From Lepidodermella squamata (lineage: Eukaryota; Animalia; Gastrotricha), in NCBI GenBank assembly GCA_047495785.1, contig JBLDXI010000004.1, positions 1,674,001 to 1,738,000 on the forward strand: DNA of 64,000 nt, read 5' to 3'. The translations under genes and the position numbers were made by a program. A model generated the notes under the pieces. That model was given only the letters and a program-made list of their open reading frames with translations. It was not told where the DNA came from and ran no database searches. Each line of letters begins with the position of its first letter. The first letter of the stretch is position 1. Below are positions 41,264 through 59,488 of this stretch, piece after piece.

Positions 41264-43239
41264 CTATTTATCGTAGAGAAGCCTCGAATCATTCGGCGGG
41301 TAGTTGATCGTGTACATGCGCCCGCCAACCTTCGCCCCATCAACCGGCGCCGGTTTGCCAACCGCAGTTTTCGCTGTAGGTTCAAATTTCGGCCCATCGA
41401 GCCCACCGTAATACGTCGGATTCTCAACGTAGGTCGGCGCCAATTTGCGCTCCTCCTCGCCGTCGTTGTAGTCATCCTCGTCACTGCGCAGGGTTGTGTA
41501 GTCGTTGTAGAGGCACGACGATGGAACATTCAGCGAACTCACGCGGGCTGCGTCGCTCGAAATGCAGTTCGGGTCGAAGAGCGGCTGCTCGCGGACGTCA
41601 CGTCGGTGGACGAAGTAGACGAGGGCGCAGTAGATGGCGAGTTGGATGAGGAAAATCACGCCCGTCATGTAGAAAACGTCATCGTGCGATTTTCGCAGAT
41701 CATAGATTCCACCGGTCAGGAGAGGCCCAAGCAGCAATCCAACGCCAGAACACGTATTCGTATATCCCCACTAAAAGAAAAACAAGAAAATACAAAAATT
41801 AGCTATGCCAAAGGATTCGTGGAACGCGACTGCGTAGAATGTCCTAAACCTTATTAGGTGCCCACAAGCTAATTATCCTAATTGGACTCCTGTCAAGGTC
41901 TTTTGGGACGATTCAACAAATTGAGACAAATAATACTCACCGCTTGGTCCTGAGGTAGCCGAGTAATGTCGACAGTTTCAGCGAAGGTGTAAACAATTGC
42001 GAAGCCAAGGAAGAACCCACTGCCAACTGATAGGCTGAGGATCATCACCCAACCAGCTTCATCAACGCTTGGCCACATGAAGTAGATAGCTGATAAGGCT
42101 AAACTTGATATTAAATTGACGACAATAAGACGGCCTTTCAGTAAATCGCCGATGAGAGACGCCCCGATGTAGGCGATGATCTCTGAGAAACTGAGAACGG
42201 TGACTGCGAGTGACGTCACGGCGCCCTGATAGCCCTGATCTCGCATGTAAGACGGTAAATTTACGACAGGCATGTAGAACCCGAGGAAGGTTGTTAGATT
42301 GACGGCGAACCACAGGATGACCTCGGGCTTCTTCAGTTGCTCCAACGGCACTAGTAAACTGCCTTTCGCCTCTCGCTGCTTCATCGCCGCGTATTCAGCG
42401 TTGTCGTAGCGGGACACGAAAACCGGGGCTGTAGCAAAGGCTGTGATGAACAGTAACACGGCAGCGATGCGGAACGATATCCGCCAGCCATAAGTTGTGA
42501 CCAGTTCAGCATAAATCGGGTTGAAAATTACAGAACCTATATTTGAAAACAAACATTGAATGAACAGGAATTTAGAATTTCCTAAAATCCTAAAATAGGG
42601 TAGTTCAATTATTTACACGTCAAATTTTGATAAATTCAAAACATACCCAATGGATATCCGCAGTAGAGTATCGATGTCCCTAACACGTGATACGGGTGAG
42701 TTTTGTCGAAATAATCGATGAGGATCAGCGAACTGGCCATGTAAGTCAACGAGGTGCCGATACCCTGCAGGACTGAGTAGGCGAATACAAGCGAGTGCAT
42801 GGTGGTCATGAGTGAAGACAAGACACACGACAGCGAGCAGATGATCATGCCGCCGAATATGCAATACTGGTAGCCGGAGGAGTCGAACATTCGGATGAAA
42901 GAAACAGAAATAGGGGCCAGGGTCATTGAAGTTGTCATCACCAGGGTTCCGATCCAATCTAACGAAATAATAGATGAATGATGAATTCAGTCAATCCAAT
43001 TTTTGAAAATGACTTACTTCCTTCAGTCATCGATGATCTGTTGAAATCATCCCGTAGGTCGACCAAAAACTAAAGACACAAATTTATAATCTATAGTTGA
43101 ATTTCGGTCGAAAACTTGCTTCGCCGTAAGAATAGTGAAGGCCTGAACGAATGACGGTTACGAAAAGTACAGCGGCGCAGATGAACCACGAACGCACAAA
43201 AAGCGTCGCGCCAGTTTTGTACCAGTTATACCACAGCAT
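41264..43239 (-). CDS. MFS transporter, monocarboxylate transporter (SLC16)-like
   Basis: Spliced model from ATG 43239: GLHYSYGEFLVDL, WIGT, YSVLQGIGTSL, DYFDK, YGWRISFR, GPLLTGGIYD; multiple hydrophobic helices; the first intron 43070-43119 is GC-AG. Confidence 0.85.
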
Positions 43240-45558
43240 ATTTTTACTAGATAAATCACTGCCTCATGGCCTAAAGTTGCGAAAGTACGAATTTCTGAAA
43301 ATGTCCGCGGAAAAAACAATGATTTGCCGGTAAAGAAACGTATCACGCGATGTCTGGTCGATAAAGTCTTAAGCTGTCAATTAGCATAAGCTTCAGGTGA
43401 AAACAAAATTTTTTTCACTGCCCGGGGGCTCATCTTATCGGTAAGTATTTGCCACTCTCAAAATCTAGTTTTTGACATTAGCTAATAAAGGGACACAAAT
43501 TTCCCTTTCTAGATGAAAAAAGTCGAAAATGCCTAAACCTACAAGGCTAATCGATAGACCTATTTTTGTTCGCAAAATCTTAATTTTTGAACTTAATATT
43601 TGAACTCGGTAAGAACTGCAAGATATTGAATTCGGAATTCCTTGCATAGCCCTTTCAGGTATCTCAAGTGCAATTAAGTGCTTATCTAACTAATAAATTT
43701 TTTAAATATATTCAGGTGAAAACGAAAAAATACCGAAAAAACCAAACCAATCAGCTCCTTTTTCGATCCAAAACCGCAAGATTTATTACAACTTGAAAGT
43801 TAATCGGATCTCTACCTTGGAACTCAAGACAATTCTAGGCATGCTTCATATTAATGGCTCAAAACTGGCCTGGATTATCGGAATGAAACCGTGTCAGAGT
43901 TAACAGGTTACCGAAATACGGCAAGAGCCACTTGATAGCCCTATTGAGCTAATGAGTGGCGGCTATCGATGATACTTGTGATATTATCGCGTAATGACTA
44001 CTCGCGTAAGTATATGCCTGCCATCGTACGTGAGTGAGTGCGTGCGAATCGATGCGCAAAATCATCAGCCACTTTGCCTAAGGACAACAACCGCTTGAGT
44101 TGAGCATCGTCGTCGTCGTTAGTTTTCAGCCGTTAGCGGTTTTTTTTCTGCCTCAGCCCTGTTTGCTTTTCACTCACTTTCTTGTTCTTCTCAAGTGTAT
44201 TCTTCGGTGATATTTTTTACGGCGCAGTGAGGTGATTGCCGTATCAATGAGAGTAGAATCGATATTTACCTAGAAATTGTACAATAAGTCGTTGTCAAAC
44301 ATTTGTTGGTAAACATTTGCAAAAATTCGAAAGTTTTACTTATATTCACATCATCGCTGTAGTAATATAACAAACTGAAATTAATCAATTGCCACGCAAA
44401 TTTCGCCTGAGTAGGTGAAAACCCTGCCGCACGCATAGCTTGACCAATACTGAACGGATTCGCCGCTTGTTCCAGCCTTTGAACCTCGCGACACAAAACT
44501 CCTTCATCCGCCGTTGAATCGTATGATGGGGATTTATCGCTAGCAGGAATTCTCTATCTGAAAAATTCTTGTAATTCTTGTGGTGACTTGAAATTATAGT
44601 ATAAAACTAACCAGCTTTCGATAGCATGGAAGCACTGGTGATTTGATGCAAAATCGTGGAAAATAACAGCAGACAAGGTAGAAAATCCATGTAATAGGCC
44701 TTGCTAGCGCACTACACTGCCACTTGAAGGCTCTTCTGCGCTGGAATCCTATTTCAGTGTCCTGAAGCACGTGCACGAACCTGGAATTTGTGGCAGATTC
44801 AGCCAGCGAGCGTTCAATTGGCTCGATCAGCTTTACATACGTTCACACTCATGTTATTTCACGCAGTTCCGCGTCTAATATAACTCCTGTCTATGTGCGC
44901 ACATAGCTGCGAGCAGCGGTTTGAATTTCTCAAATTCCTGCGTCAGATGCCTCGAGTCGTTACACAGTCATTTCAGACAGCTTAGCTACTAGAAGAATGG
45001 CTGAGTCAAGCCGCCGCTATGATTACTAGATACTCGATAGTCTTCGAAGTGAGAAATTAAGTAGATGAAATTTCAAAATTGAAACTTCAAATTCTTAAAC
45101 AAATTGAAAACTATTTAAATTTGAGCTGGCTAGTTTTCATGTCAATCTTTTATGATCTGAAGACAAACACGGTCAAGGTCACTTCACGAGTTGTACTTCA
45201 GCCAGCGATAGGCGATATCGATTCCAAGTATCGATTTCATGAATCAGTGATTTTTTAGATAGGTACCCTGTATCAACCGTGATGTTGACTCACTGTATGA
45301 GTCCTAACAAATTGAAAATTCAAATTTCTCAAAATTCGTGAGGTTTGAAAAAACCATTGCTTTCCTCGAAAAAATGTCAATTTCCAAGAGGCTTTTGTTT
45401 GGTCACACCAGTCTCACACTGTATGATATACTACAGATATAGGCTTATCAGCATTCACGCTGATTAGCTGGAACGTGGCAGATAACGAATGCATAAACTG
45501 GCACTCGCAGAAAGGCGTACACTTTACAGCCATCAGAAATAGCTGCACCATAGAAAAA

Positions 45559-48500
45559 ATGTACCCAGTGCCTTACTATTCACCGTACAATTTGCCGTAT
45601 ACCAACTACACGTTCTACCAAGAACAGCCGTCAAACGCCCCACCCTGCTGCTCGGAGGCCGTCATCGAAGCCGTCACACATCGAAAACCGCCCGTTGACT
45701 TCAATCCTTACACACAGTCAACATTACCACCACCCGGTCCTATCTACCCGCCTGTGCCTAGCAACGATTCATACGTGAAACAGGCAAGACCTGCCAACTA
45801 CCCTCAACCTGGGTTCTTCCCACCTGGAATCACCCCGGCTGTTACGCATGGGTCAGCCTGCAATATACCAGGCTGCGTCGACTGCCGTAGTAGTTCTTGC
45901 CTCCCTTACTCATATTACCAACAGGACCCTAATCGGCCTTCAGTTGGCTGGGAGCCGATAACTTGGGAACCTTATAACAACCAACTGCCCTACCCGAACC
46001 AACAGCCAGGTGAAGTAATTGTCCAGCGGCAGTCAAATGCAAACGCCTTACAAGCTGGAAGCGCCTCGCCGCGGTTGAGCGAAGTCCTATCCGGCTCAGC
46101 GAACGTCCTGCCCGAAAATCTGGCGAGCCCACAGAAAATCATTAGCAAGACTTACGTTGAGGTGCGAGCGGAATGCGCGAAATCAAAACGGCTCTACGAT
46201 GACGTTGAATTCCCGGCGAATAACTTGAGCATAAGTGCGTTCCGCCGACCGACAAGGCCGATTGAGTGGAAACGGCCGAAGGAGCTAGTCGCGAACCCGA
46301 AGTTCATCTTCGATGGGATGAGCCGTTTCGACATTGTCCAGGGTGAACTCGGCGATTGTTGGCTACTGGCGGCGATGGCGAATTTAACCCTCTACCCTGA
46401 GCTGATTGAACGCGTCGTGCCGCCTGATCAGAGCTTTGACGGGCCGAACTACAACGGCGCCTTCCGATTCAATTTCTGGGTCTACGGCCATTGGGAGGAA
46501 GTTGTCATCGACGACAGACTGCCGACGTACAACGGGCGGTTGGTCTACATGCATTCGCAGCATAAAAACGAGTTTTGGTCCGCGCTGCTCGAGAAGGCGT
46601 ATGCGAAACTCGTTGGCTCGTACGATAACCTGCGCGGTGGTTCGACCTGCGAATCTATGACCGACCTCTCGGGCGGGTTCTGTGAGATTTTCGAGCTCAA
46701 GGAAAAAACTCCACCTGCTCTGGTGCAAATTTTGCAGAAGGCAAATGAACGTGGCTCCCTTATGTGTTGTTCGATCAATCAACGTGAGAACATGCCGTCG
46801 ATGGCGCAACTTCCAAACGGCTTGATCATGGGACATGCGTACAGTGTGACGGATATCAAGAAGGTCACGTCGAGGTCTGGCGACATCAATTTGATCCGCA
46901 TCAGGAATCCATGGGGTCAAACCGAGTGGAATGGAGCTTTCTCAGACAAGTCAGTCTTTTCAGAAATTTGCAAACTTTGTGACTGCAATTTTTTTTTTAA
47001 ATTGGGGAAAATGTACAAAAAATGAAAATTTTTGAGATAATATTTATTGGAAAAATTCTGGAAAATGTTTTTAAAATTCAGAAGAATTTCGGAGAATTTA
47101 GGAAAATTCTGGAAGATATCTGAAAATATAAAAAAATATGGAAAATTTCAAAATATTTTTTTTTCATAGGAAATTTTGGAAAATAATCAAAGTTAATCAG
47201 GAAAGGTTCTAAAAATTAAAACATTAAAAAATCAGAAAATATTCGTGTTCATGATAGCATTAATGAATAGTGGTTCGGAAAGGGAAACCGGAAATTATAT
47301 CTTCAATTTTCGTTATTTCAGCTCTCCAGAGTGGCAAAAAATTTCTGAAGACCAGAAGAAGAAGATCGGCGTTAGTTTTGGCACAGATGGCGAATTCTGG
47401 ATGGCCTACAACGATTTCACATCGAATTTCGAACTTCTCGAAATGTGCAATCTTTCATTCGACCTGCTCGGAACTCGGGAACAACTGGAGAAGCTCACGA
47501 TATCCGCTACCCAGTCAATCCGTTGCATGACCAAAGTTCGAAAATGGGAGACGACCATCATTGAAGGCGAGTGGCGGCGGTACTTCAACGCCGGGGGTTG
47601 TCGAAATTTCATTCAGAGTTTCGCTAGCAACCCGCAATACCGCATCAGACTGACGGAGTACGACGAGCATGACCCGGAGAAGCTGTGCACGGTCCTCATC
47701 GGGCTGATGCAGAAAGACAGGCGGAAGGTGAAGTCTGAAATACCAACCTTCTTAACCATCGGCTTTTCGCTGTACAAACTGACAGAGGCCGATTGCGCGA
47801 GGCCGTTAGATCAAGGGTTTTTCGAGAGGAATGTCTCAAAGGCTAGGTCGAGCTTTATCAATTTGAGAGAAGTGTCCGGAAGGTTCCGGCTCCCACCTGG
47901 GATCTACGCGATTATTCCATCTACATTCGAACCTAATACCGATTGCGAATTTGTTTTACGAGTCTACTCAGAACGGAAGTGTACGGCTGAGTAAGTTATG
48001 AAAATATTGGTTAATTATAGTTGACTAAAATGTTCTCTAGCGAACTAGACACGGCTACGATGAAAGTAGCTCCTAAGCCTTTGCCAGTTCCATCAGCCAA
48101 GGAATCAAAAGAGACCAATAACTTGGGATCTTTGACGGATGAACAGATACGCAAGAAAGCCATCGATGCTTTCCGTCAAGTCGCTGGTTCCGATGGCGTG
48201 GTCGATGCTTACGAATTGCAGCAGGCCATGGCTAAGAAGTTCTCGGAAATGTTCAAATTCGATGGTTTTAGCCTCGACACCGTGCGGTCGATGGTGGCGT
48301 TGAAGGACAAAGGCCTGACTGGCACGTTGAATTTGTACGAGTTCATGGACTTGTACAAGGACCTCGCCTACTGGAGCCGCGTGTTCGTGCAGTTCGACGT
48401 GAAGAAAAGCGGCAAAATGGAGGCGGTCAAGCTGCGCGACGCTCTCAGCCACATCGGCTTAGGGCTCAGTAACAAGGTGTTTAAAACTATGGTGCTTCGA

Positions 48501-48786
48501 TACTCGGACAAAACAGGTCGAATCAGCTTTGACGATTTTGTCAACTGCGGAATTCGACTTTCATGCATGCTAGGTAAAACAGAGCTTATTTTACTTATAA
48601 TATAATTCCAGATTCAACTTATTTTGTTTAATAGAAAAATTCAAGGCTGCGAGTGATCCGAAAGATAAAATTCCTAAAGCAGGATTTCTTCTGGACGACG
48701 TAAGCTATTATATTAGATGAATGTTTAAATTTATTTTTCAAACTTTTGTTCGATTGCAGTTTGTGATAACAACAATGTACTGTTGA
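45559..48786 (+). CDS. Classical calpain (CysPc + C2-like + penta-EF-hand) with a Pro/Tyr/Gln-rich N-terminal extension
   Basis: Catalytic QGELGDCW, GHAYSV, RNPWG; domain III AGGCRNF...NPQY...PSTFEP; EF-hands. Exons about 45559-46949, 47322-47990, 48041-48573, 48636-48699, 48760-48786. Confidence 0.95.
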
Positions 48787-48877
48787 TTACCGCTGAAAAT
48801 TTGCCGTCACCTCGTAATGATTTAACGCTGAGATATAAAAAATTAACACAAAGAAACTTGGATCAGAATAAAAGTTA

Positions 48878-48917
48878 CTAATATACCTAATATACCTAAT
48901 ATACCTAATATACCTAA
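48878..48917. repeat. 9-bp tandem repeat (CTAATATAC)x4
   Basis: Read directly, just downstream of the calpain AATAAA. Confidence 0.9.
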
Positions 48918-49123
48918 ATGAAAACGATATGAACAAATTGAAGACAAATACCTTATACTAAAATGTGAACGTCAAAATATTGAAAAATTAGAAAAATTAA
49001 TTTTTGGTGAATTATTATTTTTCGTATACATTCTACGCCACACCCCTGGGCTACTGTTAGAACAAATACGGTCTGGAAAGATGGAAAAATAAAAAATAAA
49101 AATAAAAAAAGTAGTTCGAGTTA

Positions 49124-49195
49124 AGGCTCAGGGGGGGATCGAACCCTCGATCTTCTGCTTACTAGGCAGACGCTCTACCACTAAGCTACTGAGCC
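49124..49195 (-). tRNA. tRNA-Thr(AGT)
   Basis: Acceptor GGCTCAG/CTGAGCC; anticodon arm TCTGC-CTAGTAA-GCAGA; TTCGATC loop; one T-stem mismatch; T-run downstream. Confidence 0.9.
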
Positions 49196-49848
49196 GACTC
49201 ATTCAATTGCATTACTAGCCTCACTCCTGAAAAAAATGCAGCTGAATACACGCTGATTCATTCAAACTGTTTCAATCGGCATATTTTAGACAGAACGAGC
49301 TGTTTGGAATGACTGAAGAAATTGCCCAGAAATGTGCTTAAATGGGTCGGGTTTCATCTTGTAGGCATCTTGCTATTGCTCCGCTTGAAATTCACTTTCA
49401 AGTTCTTCATCACGTCTCAGCATTTGTTTCTATTGAACAGCGGTGATCGAAGCGATTTCTGCAAAGATGACTACCTCTATTTTTCAACATAATTACTAAT
49501 CAACTTACAAAAAGTATCATTCTCGGGTTTTTTCAACAAAATCGAAATAAAAATCCGCTAATTTAAAATGTTTACTTCCACAAGTAATCGTCTAATATTT
49601 TTCTTAAGCTGTTTTCTTACGCAAGGAAAAATTGTGCTGTTAGAAACCAAAAACTAATATGGCTATAGCGAAAATACTTAAAAAATTGGAATACTAAATT
49701 TAGCCGTCAGGTTAATTTATAATCAGACCTACTATTCCTCCCTACTACAAAGTGCGTTGAAATAATTTACTTCCTCTCTGCTCGGTGAATAATTAAGCAT
49801 TGGGGCATGAAATAAAAAAAATAAAATGAAAAAAACGAGAAAAAGGTC

Positions 49849-49920
49849 GGGCCTGTCCGGGATTTGAACCCGAGACCTCTCGCACCCAAAGCGAGAATCA
49901 TACCCCTAGACCAACAGGCC
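49849..49920 (-). tRNA. tRNA-Pro(TGG)
   Basis: GGCCTGTTGGTCTAGGGGTATGATTCTCGCTTTGGGTGCGAGAGGTCTCGGGTTCAAATCCCGGACAGGCCC followed by a T-run. Confidence 0.96.
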
Positions 49921-50317
49921 TCGTGATAATACTCGGCGAGATTGTGCCTTTTGTTTGTTGTCACCGCAACGCCACAGCGACACAGCGCCGTAGTTGTCCT
50001 TGACGTAATTATAACACGACGCAAGCGGAAATTTTCATTTTACGCATAAACGTGGCATTATAGTGCGACACGCAATGCTTAGGATTATACACTTGCTTAT
50101 TTATGTACTTCCATTCTACAAGACAAACAACAGTGACCATTAATAACGCACCTGCTAAAGTGATGGTATACGGCAGTTATTAAATGAAAAGAGCTGCTTT
50201 TGATGCGACGATGAATTTGGCATAACTGGGTCAGTGCCAAGTGCTGTGCGCATACAGAAATGCGTTGTGTGCTCAGCTCATAAACATATTTCATTATACC
50301 ACACCTGAATACACTGC

Positions 50318-50389
50318 GGCCCGTTGGTCTAGGGGTATGATTCTCGCTTCGGGTGCGAGAGGTCTCGGGTTCAATTCCCGAACGGGCCC
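50318..50389 (+). tRNA. tRNA-Pro(CGG)
   Basis: GGCCCGTTGGTCTAGGGGTATGATTCTCGCTTCGGGTGCGAGAGGTCTCGGGTTCAATTCCCGAACGGGCCC followed by T-runs. Confidence 0.96.
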
Positions 50390-50563
50390 AACTATTTTGC
50401 TCTTTCTTTTTTTATTTTTATTTTTATTTTAATTTTTTATTTATTTTCAATATTGTATCATAGTTTTATCCCTTCGCAGTAAAATTTCTGTTTTCAAAAT
50501 CCAAAATTTCAAAAAAAATCAAGATTTTTATTCAAATAAAAAGACAAATGAGCGAAATAAAAA

Positions 50564-50860
50564 GGTTCTATGTCAATTGAGCAAACGAAAATTGAGCAAC
50601 GAAAATAGAGCAAGGGCTTTTGAGCAACGATATTAGAGCAAACGAAATTAGAGCAAAACGACTTTTGAGCAAAACGAGATTAGAGCAAAACGACACGAGA
50701 GCAAAACGAGATTAGAGCAAAACGACACGAGAGCAAATTTAATAATTAATTGCAGCTGTTGTTTATTTTAAATAAAATTTGCTCTCGTGTCGTTTTGCTC
50801 AAAAGTCATTTTGCTCTATTTTCGTTGCTCAATTTTCGTTTGCTCAATTGACATAGAACC
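50564..50860. mobile_element. Foldback-type MITE (Mutator- or Merlin-like)
   Basis: About 50-bp perfect TIR GGTTCTATGTCAATTGAGCAAACG...; 8-bp TSD AATAAAAA; arms built of tandem GAGCAAAACGA units. Confidence 0.88.
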
Positions 50861-50926
50861 AATAAAAAATCCTCCTTAATAATTGCTGTGATAATTATTT
50901 TTTTTCTTGATTTAACGCACCAAAAG

Positions 50927-52871
50927 ATGACCCTAATAAAGTTAGCGGTAGCGGCTATTTCAGTTTTTCTCATAGGTAACCGATACTTCTTTGTTACCTG
51001 TTTACAGTCCTTTCAGAGTGATGTTTTCCAGTTGCTATTAATTGTGCTGCTGATAAGAAAAAAGAAGCTGAAGAAGAAACAGTGGATGAAGGCGATGAAG
51101 ACAACAGCGGAAATGGCACCCAGCGCTACTCGCCACTCTCCGTGTTGCCAGTCGTCGGCGCGCTGGAGCAGCACGGCCTTCTCTTCGTGCCGCTCTTCGA
51201 CAGCGCCCTGCTGCACTACGACGAGGACGACGAGCAGGTGTACACTGCCAGCTCGCACATTTTCCAGGCCGGACCGTTCGACTTCCCGGTTACGCTATTC
51301 GAAATATCGAGCAATGCGACAATCCTAGAAGCCCTGCCGCTGCCCGTCAATGTCACGCAAATATCGTTTTTCTACTTTCTGCGGAAGGAGCTCGTCAATT
51401 TAACGGCGCATGGCTTCCCACTAATGGCGATTGGCAACGAATCGATGTTAATAGTGCAGGACGGGGCTCTCAAACTACTCAACGCAACTGGCGGGAAAAA
51501 AGACATCATGACAGGTAGAAATTTTAATTTTGATTCAAAAGAGGAGAAATGCGGAATGAAGAAATGTAGTTTTCAAGCCGAAACACTAGAGAACTTTTGA
51601 AAATTCAGAAAATTCCCCAGACCCCACTTTTCACTTGTAAACTGTAAATTTACAAAACTTGGCTCTCCTAAGAATCTTTTGCTTTGTTTCGTTTTTCAGG
51701 AATAAAGCCCGGCTGGAACATAGCCGTGATCGATAAGATCCGCGAAATTCTCGGCGACACACCTCCCGTGCTAACGCTAATGCTGAACCTTGCATGCCTT
51801 ACGTACTACCATGATTCCGTGAATTTAAAAACGCCGGAAATGCTCGCCCTCATTCAGTGTACGTGCCGTAGCATCGGGTTCTGCCGGTTAGTCAACGCGT
51901 ACCAGGGCCCAGCACCGGACCACCTCGTCGGTTACTGGCCCCTCGACGCCGCGTCTCACCTCGGCGAGTTTGCGTACGATGAGAAGCCGCTCGAGGCGAG
52001 TAAACTCGCATTTGTCGATGAAGCCGAACCCGGTCCATACGGCGAGAAAGCGACTTCAATCGGAATCAAGGGCAAAAAGCCGGGCCAACTCGCTGCGTAC
52101 TGCCTAACAAACAAATTGAACATGGAGATAGGTTTCACATTCAGCCTTCACTTCAACCTAGGCAAACAATCGAACCAAATGAACCCAGTTGTCTTCGTAG
52201 CCCCTGATACGTCCTCCCTTCTAATAGTTTCGTTCAAAAAGAAAACAGGCTTTATTCTGAAGTTTGTATCAGCGAGGGGGACTAAGGATGTCACGCTGTT
52301 GAAAACCGTGCCTGATAAGCAGTGGATTTTCATAGCAATCGTGCTGTCTCAAGAACGAGGCGTTACCTTCTACTACAGAATCGACGATGGCGAGTTGCTG
52401 TCCACCGAATTCCGCCGAGTCCCACCCTTCATCGTAGTGCCTGACCGCGAATTCTGGATGGTTCTCGGCAAAATCGATGTCGGCGATCGATTGGCATGCG
52501 TTCAGGTGCATGACGCGATTTTGACGGAGGAGGAGGTTCAGTTTTTGCCCTGCGTCTGCCAGGAGAAGGGCCTGTGCTACGCCGCGTTGGCTATGAACCG
52601 GTTGCTAGATTTTACGGACGCATTTTTCAATGTGACTAAACGAAGTTTAGGGCATCATCGGCGGTATTTCATCGAGTCGAAATGCGGCTCGAATAATAGC
52701 ACGAATTCGACAAAGCCGAGGAAGAAGCCTGGCAGAGGTGACGTGGTGGAAGAACCGGCAAAGTCGAGAAACAAGACAAAACCTGTGAAGCAAATGTCCG
52801 CAACTGGGTCGGTTACGGTTTTTATCGAACGTTCTCTAATTCTTGTTTTATTTGCTCTTGTTTACAAATAA
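50927..52871 (+). CDS. Signal peptide + unknown domain + LamG/pentraxin-like protein with a hydrophobic C-terminus (possible GPI anchor)
   Basis: Exons 50927-50975, 51032-51514 and 51700-52871 in frame; LVGYWPLD...FTFSLHF...QWIFIAIV...LACVQVHDAILT; tail SATGSVTVFIERSLILVLFALVYK. Confidence 0.78.
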
Positions 52872-53059
52872 ATTATAGTCTTAATTCCGATCGGAGAGCA
52901 ACTATTATCTGTTATCTGAATTGCCAAATGATCAACTCAACCGCCATTAAAACTAGCTCTCCAGCGACATTTTTGGTAGCATTAACAATTTTAATAAGGC
53001 TGGTCAAGTGTTTTCAACGTTTTGCATTCTTGCTGGTCACTGGCATCCGAGACTGCAGT

Positions 53060-57806
<4,747 letters not shown>

Positions 57807-59136
57807 TTTTTAAAATGCTTATTTTACTAAGTTGCTAAATAGCGATAGAAAATTTCATTATAGACTGTTAGGGATAACAGTAGGCGGGATCCAGGCTTCA
57901 AAGCCCTAGTAGCTTTCAGTGTCGAAGCCTAGTATTAGCTTTAGAAACATTCGCCTGAGAAAAATTGCTCAAATTCAAAACAGAAAAAGGCGGAATGAAG
58001 AGGGGAGGAATATCACGAAATATGCTAGCATCTTTGAACTCGGCGCACTCGTACCGCTATGTCGCGTGATGGCGGCGGCTTACATTTTTTTCTGTTAAAT
58101 GGCGAATCAGACAATTTTAATCATGCATTAGCCGCTTTACAGGCAGACGCGCGCTTGTGTACACGTAAGCCCAGCTGCCAACATAGCCGCGCTAGTAGAG
58201 CCATGGCCGATATTATGCAGACCTATAGCATCGTTTATTTACAATTTATACATCAATTTTCTGCTACCATAGAATCCCGAGTCCTCATGGTATATCGAAT
58301 TGATTATTGGTTAGTTCACATCTGTTAAATCTTCAATTATTCTTTAATCTATCGTTTTTGTTGTCGTTAGTAGTGATATCATAGTAGTAAAAACTTACTA
58401 AGTACGTAACTGACCAACTACGTACTAACCACGTAAGAACGACACGTAAAGATACTACTACTACTACTACCACTACGACTACCAGCGCCGCTTGGGCATA
58501 GATATTATTCATTCTTTTATCATCATCATTTTTGTTTTATCCACGCGTGCTATACCCGCCGACCATGAGAACATGGCTACCAAACGACGCCAGACAGTGT
58601 AGGCGTAGTAATCAAGAAGATATCATCGTCTCGACGTGTGCTAGGTCGAGGTTAACCTGGTCTCGCTCACCAGAGAGCTCACCTTGATTTTCAACTCGTA
58701 TTCTCGTGCACATTTTTCTATAACCTGCACCAATTTATTTTTTAAATTCTATTTGTCGACGATAATAAGAACACATCGGACAGAGCAATAAAAAGTGAAT
58801 ATTCCTATAGCACCTAGCACCTATCTAAGAATCACGCGGATCGGATTATTTGAAATTACAACTTGATGATTTATACGAAATTTCAAAGTGCGCGCGTCGT
58901 GCCTGGTCTTAGAGGTAAAATACCGCGCGCTGCAATCACCTCTAAATTAACCCTGTGTTCCCTATGGATAATATTCTAAATTTCACCAAAATTGCCATTC
59001 TTCTGCCACGGTTAGCTCTTTCGGAATTGTTTTTTTTTAAATCTGAAAAATGAGTTTATCCATAGATAATAATAACTATCTTACAATTTATGGATAAACT
59101 CATAGATAAACTTTTTTTATATAACGTAACGTAATT

Positions 59137-59181
59137 TACTCCAACGTTTCGGTTATACATAATAACCATCTTCAGCGAGCA
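59137..59181 (-). ncRNA. Minimal hammerhead ribozyme motif (Penelope-type), left arm of an inverted pair
   Basis: Minus strand UGCUCG-CUGAAGA-U-GGUUAU-UAUGU-AUAACC-GAAAC-GUU-GGAGUA; stem I has one G-G mismatch next to the core. Confidence 0.6.
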
Positions 59182-59366
59182 CCTTTAGGACAAACAAAAT
59201 GACTCTATCAAAGCTAAGTTATTTATGGAGCCGATATTCCATGAGAGGTGTAAAAAGAAGATGGAAAACTAGCCAGATTACAACTTCAAGATGCTTTAAA
59301 ACATCCACCTTAATTATTATTATTAATTATTAACTTAACTACACATTTCGATTTAATTTCTTAAAC

Positions 59367-59410
59367 TATCTCTGAAGATGGTTATTGTGTATAACCGAAA
59401 CGTTGAAATA
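59367..59410 (+). ncRNA. Minimal hammerhead ribozyme motif (Penelope-type), right arm; stem I degenerate
   Basis: CUGAAGA-U-GGUUAU-UGUGU-AUAACC-GAAAC-GUU; part of the inverted repeat 59106-59175 / 59372-59440. Confidence 0.55.
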
Positions 59411-59488
59411 AATGCGTTACTTTTATAAAAAAAATTTATTCGAAGAAACTTGTAACAAGTTTATCCATATTGAGAATAGTTTCTATCC

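Noticed and set aside
46384-48568. Antisense and alternate-frame ORFs over calpain (and similar ones over other genes)
   Set aside because: Shadows of GC-richer coding sequence with no independent motifs.
50564-50860. CRISPR-like array
   Set aside because: Short units lack unique spacers, are mirrored on both strands and lie within TIRs with a TSD in eukaryotic DNA; this is a MITE.
58370-58490. Structured RNA in the (CTA)n / ACGTA-rich tract
   Set aside because: Low complexity with no consistent pairing or promoter boxes.
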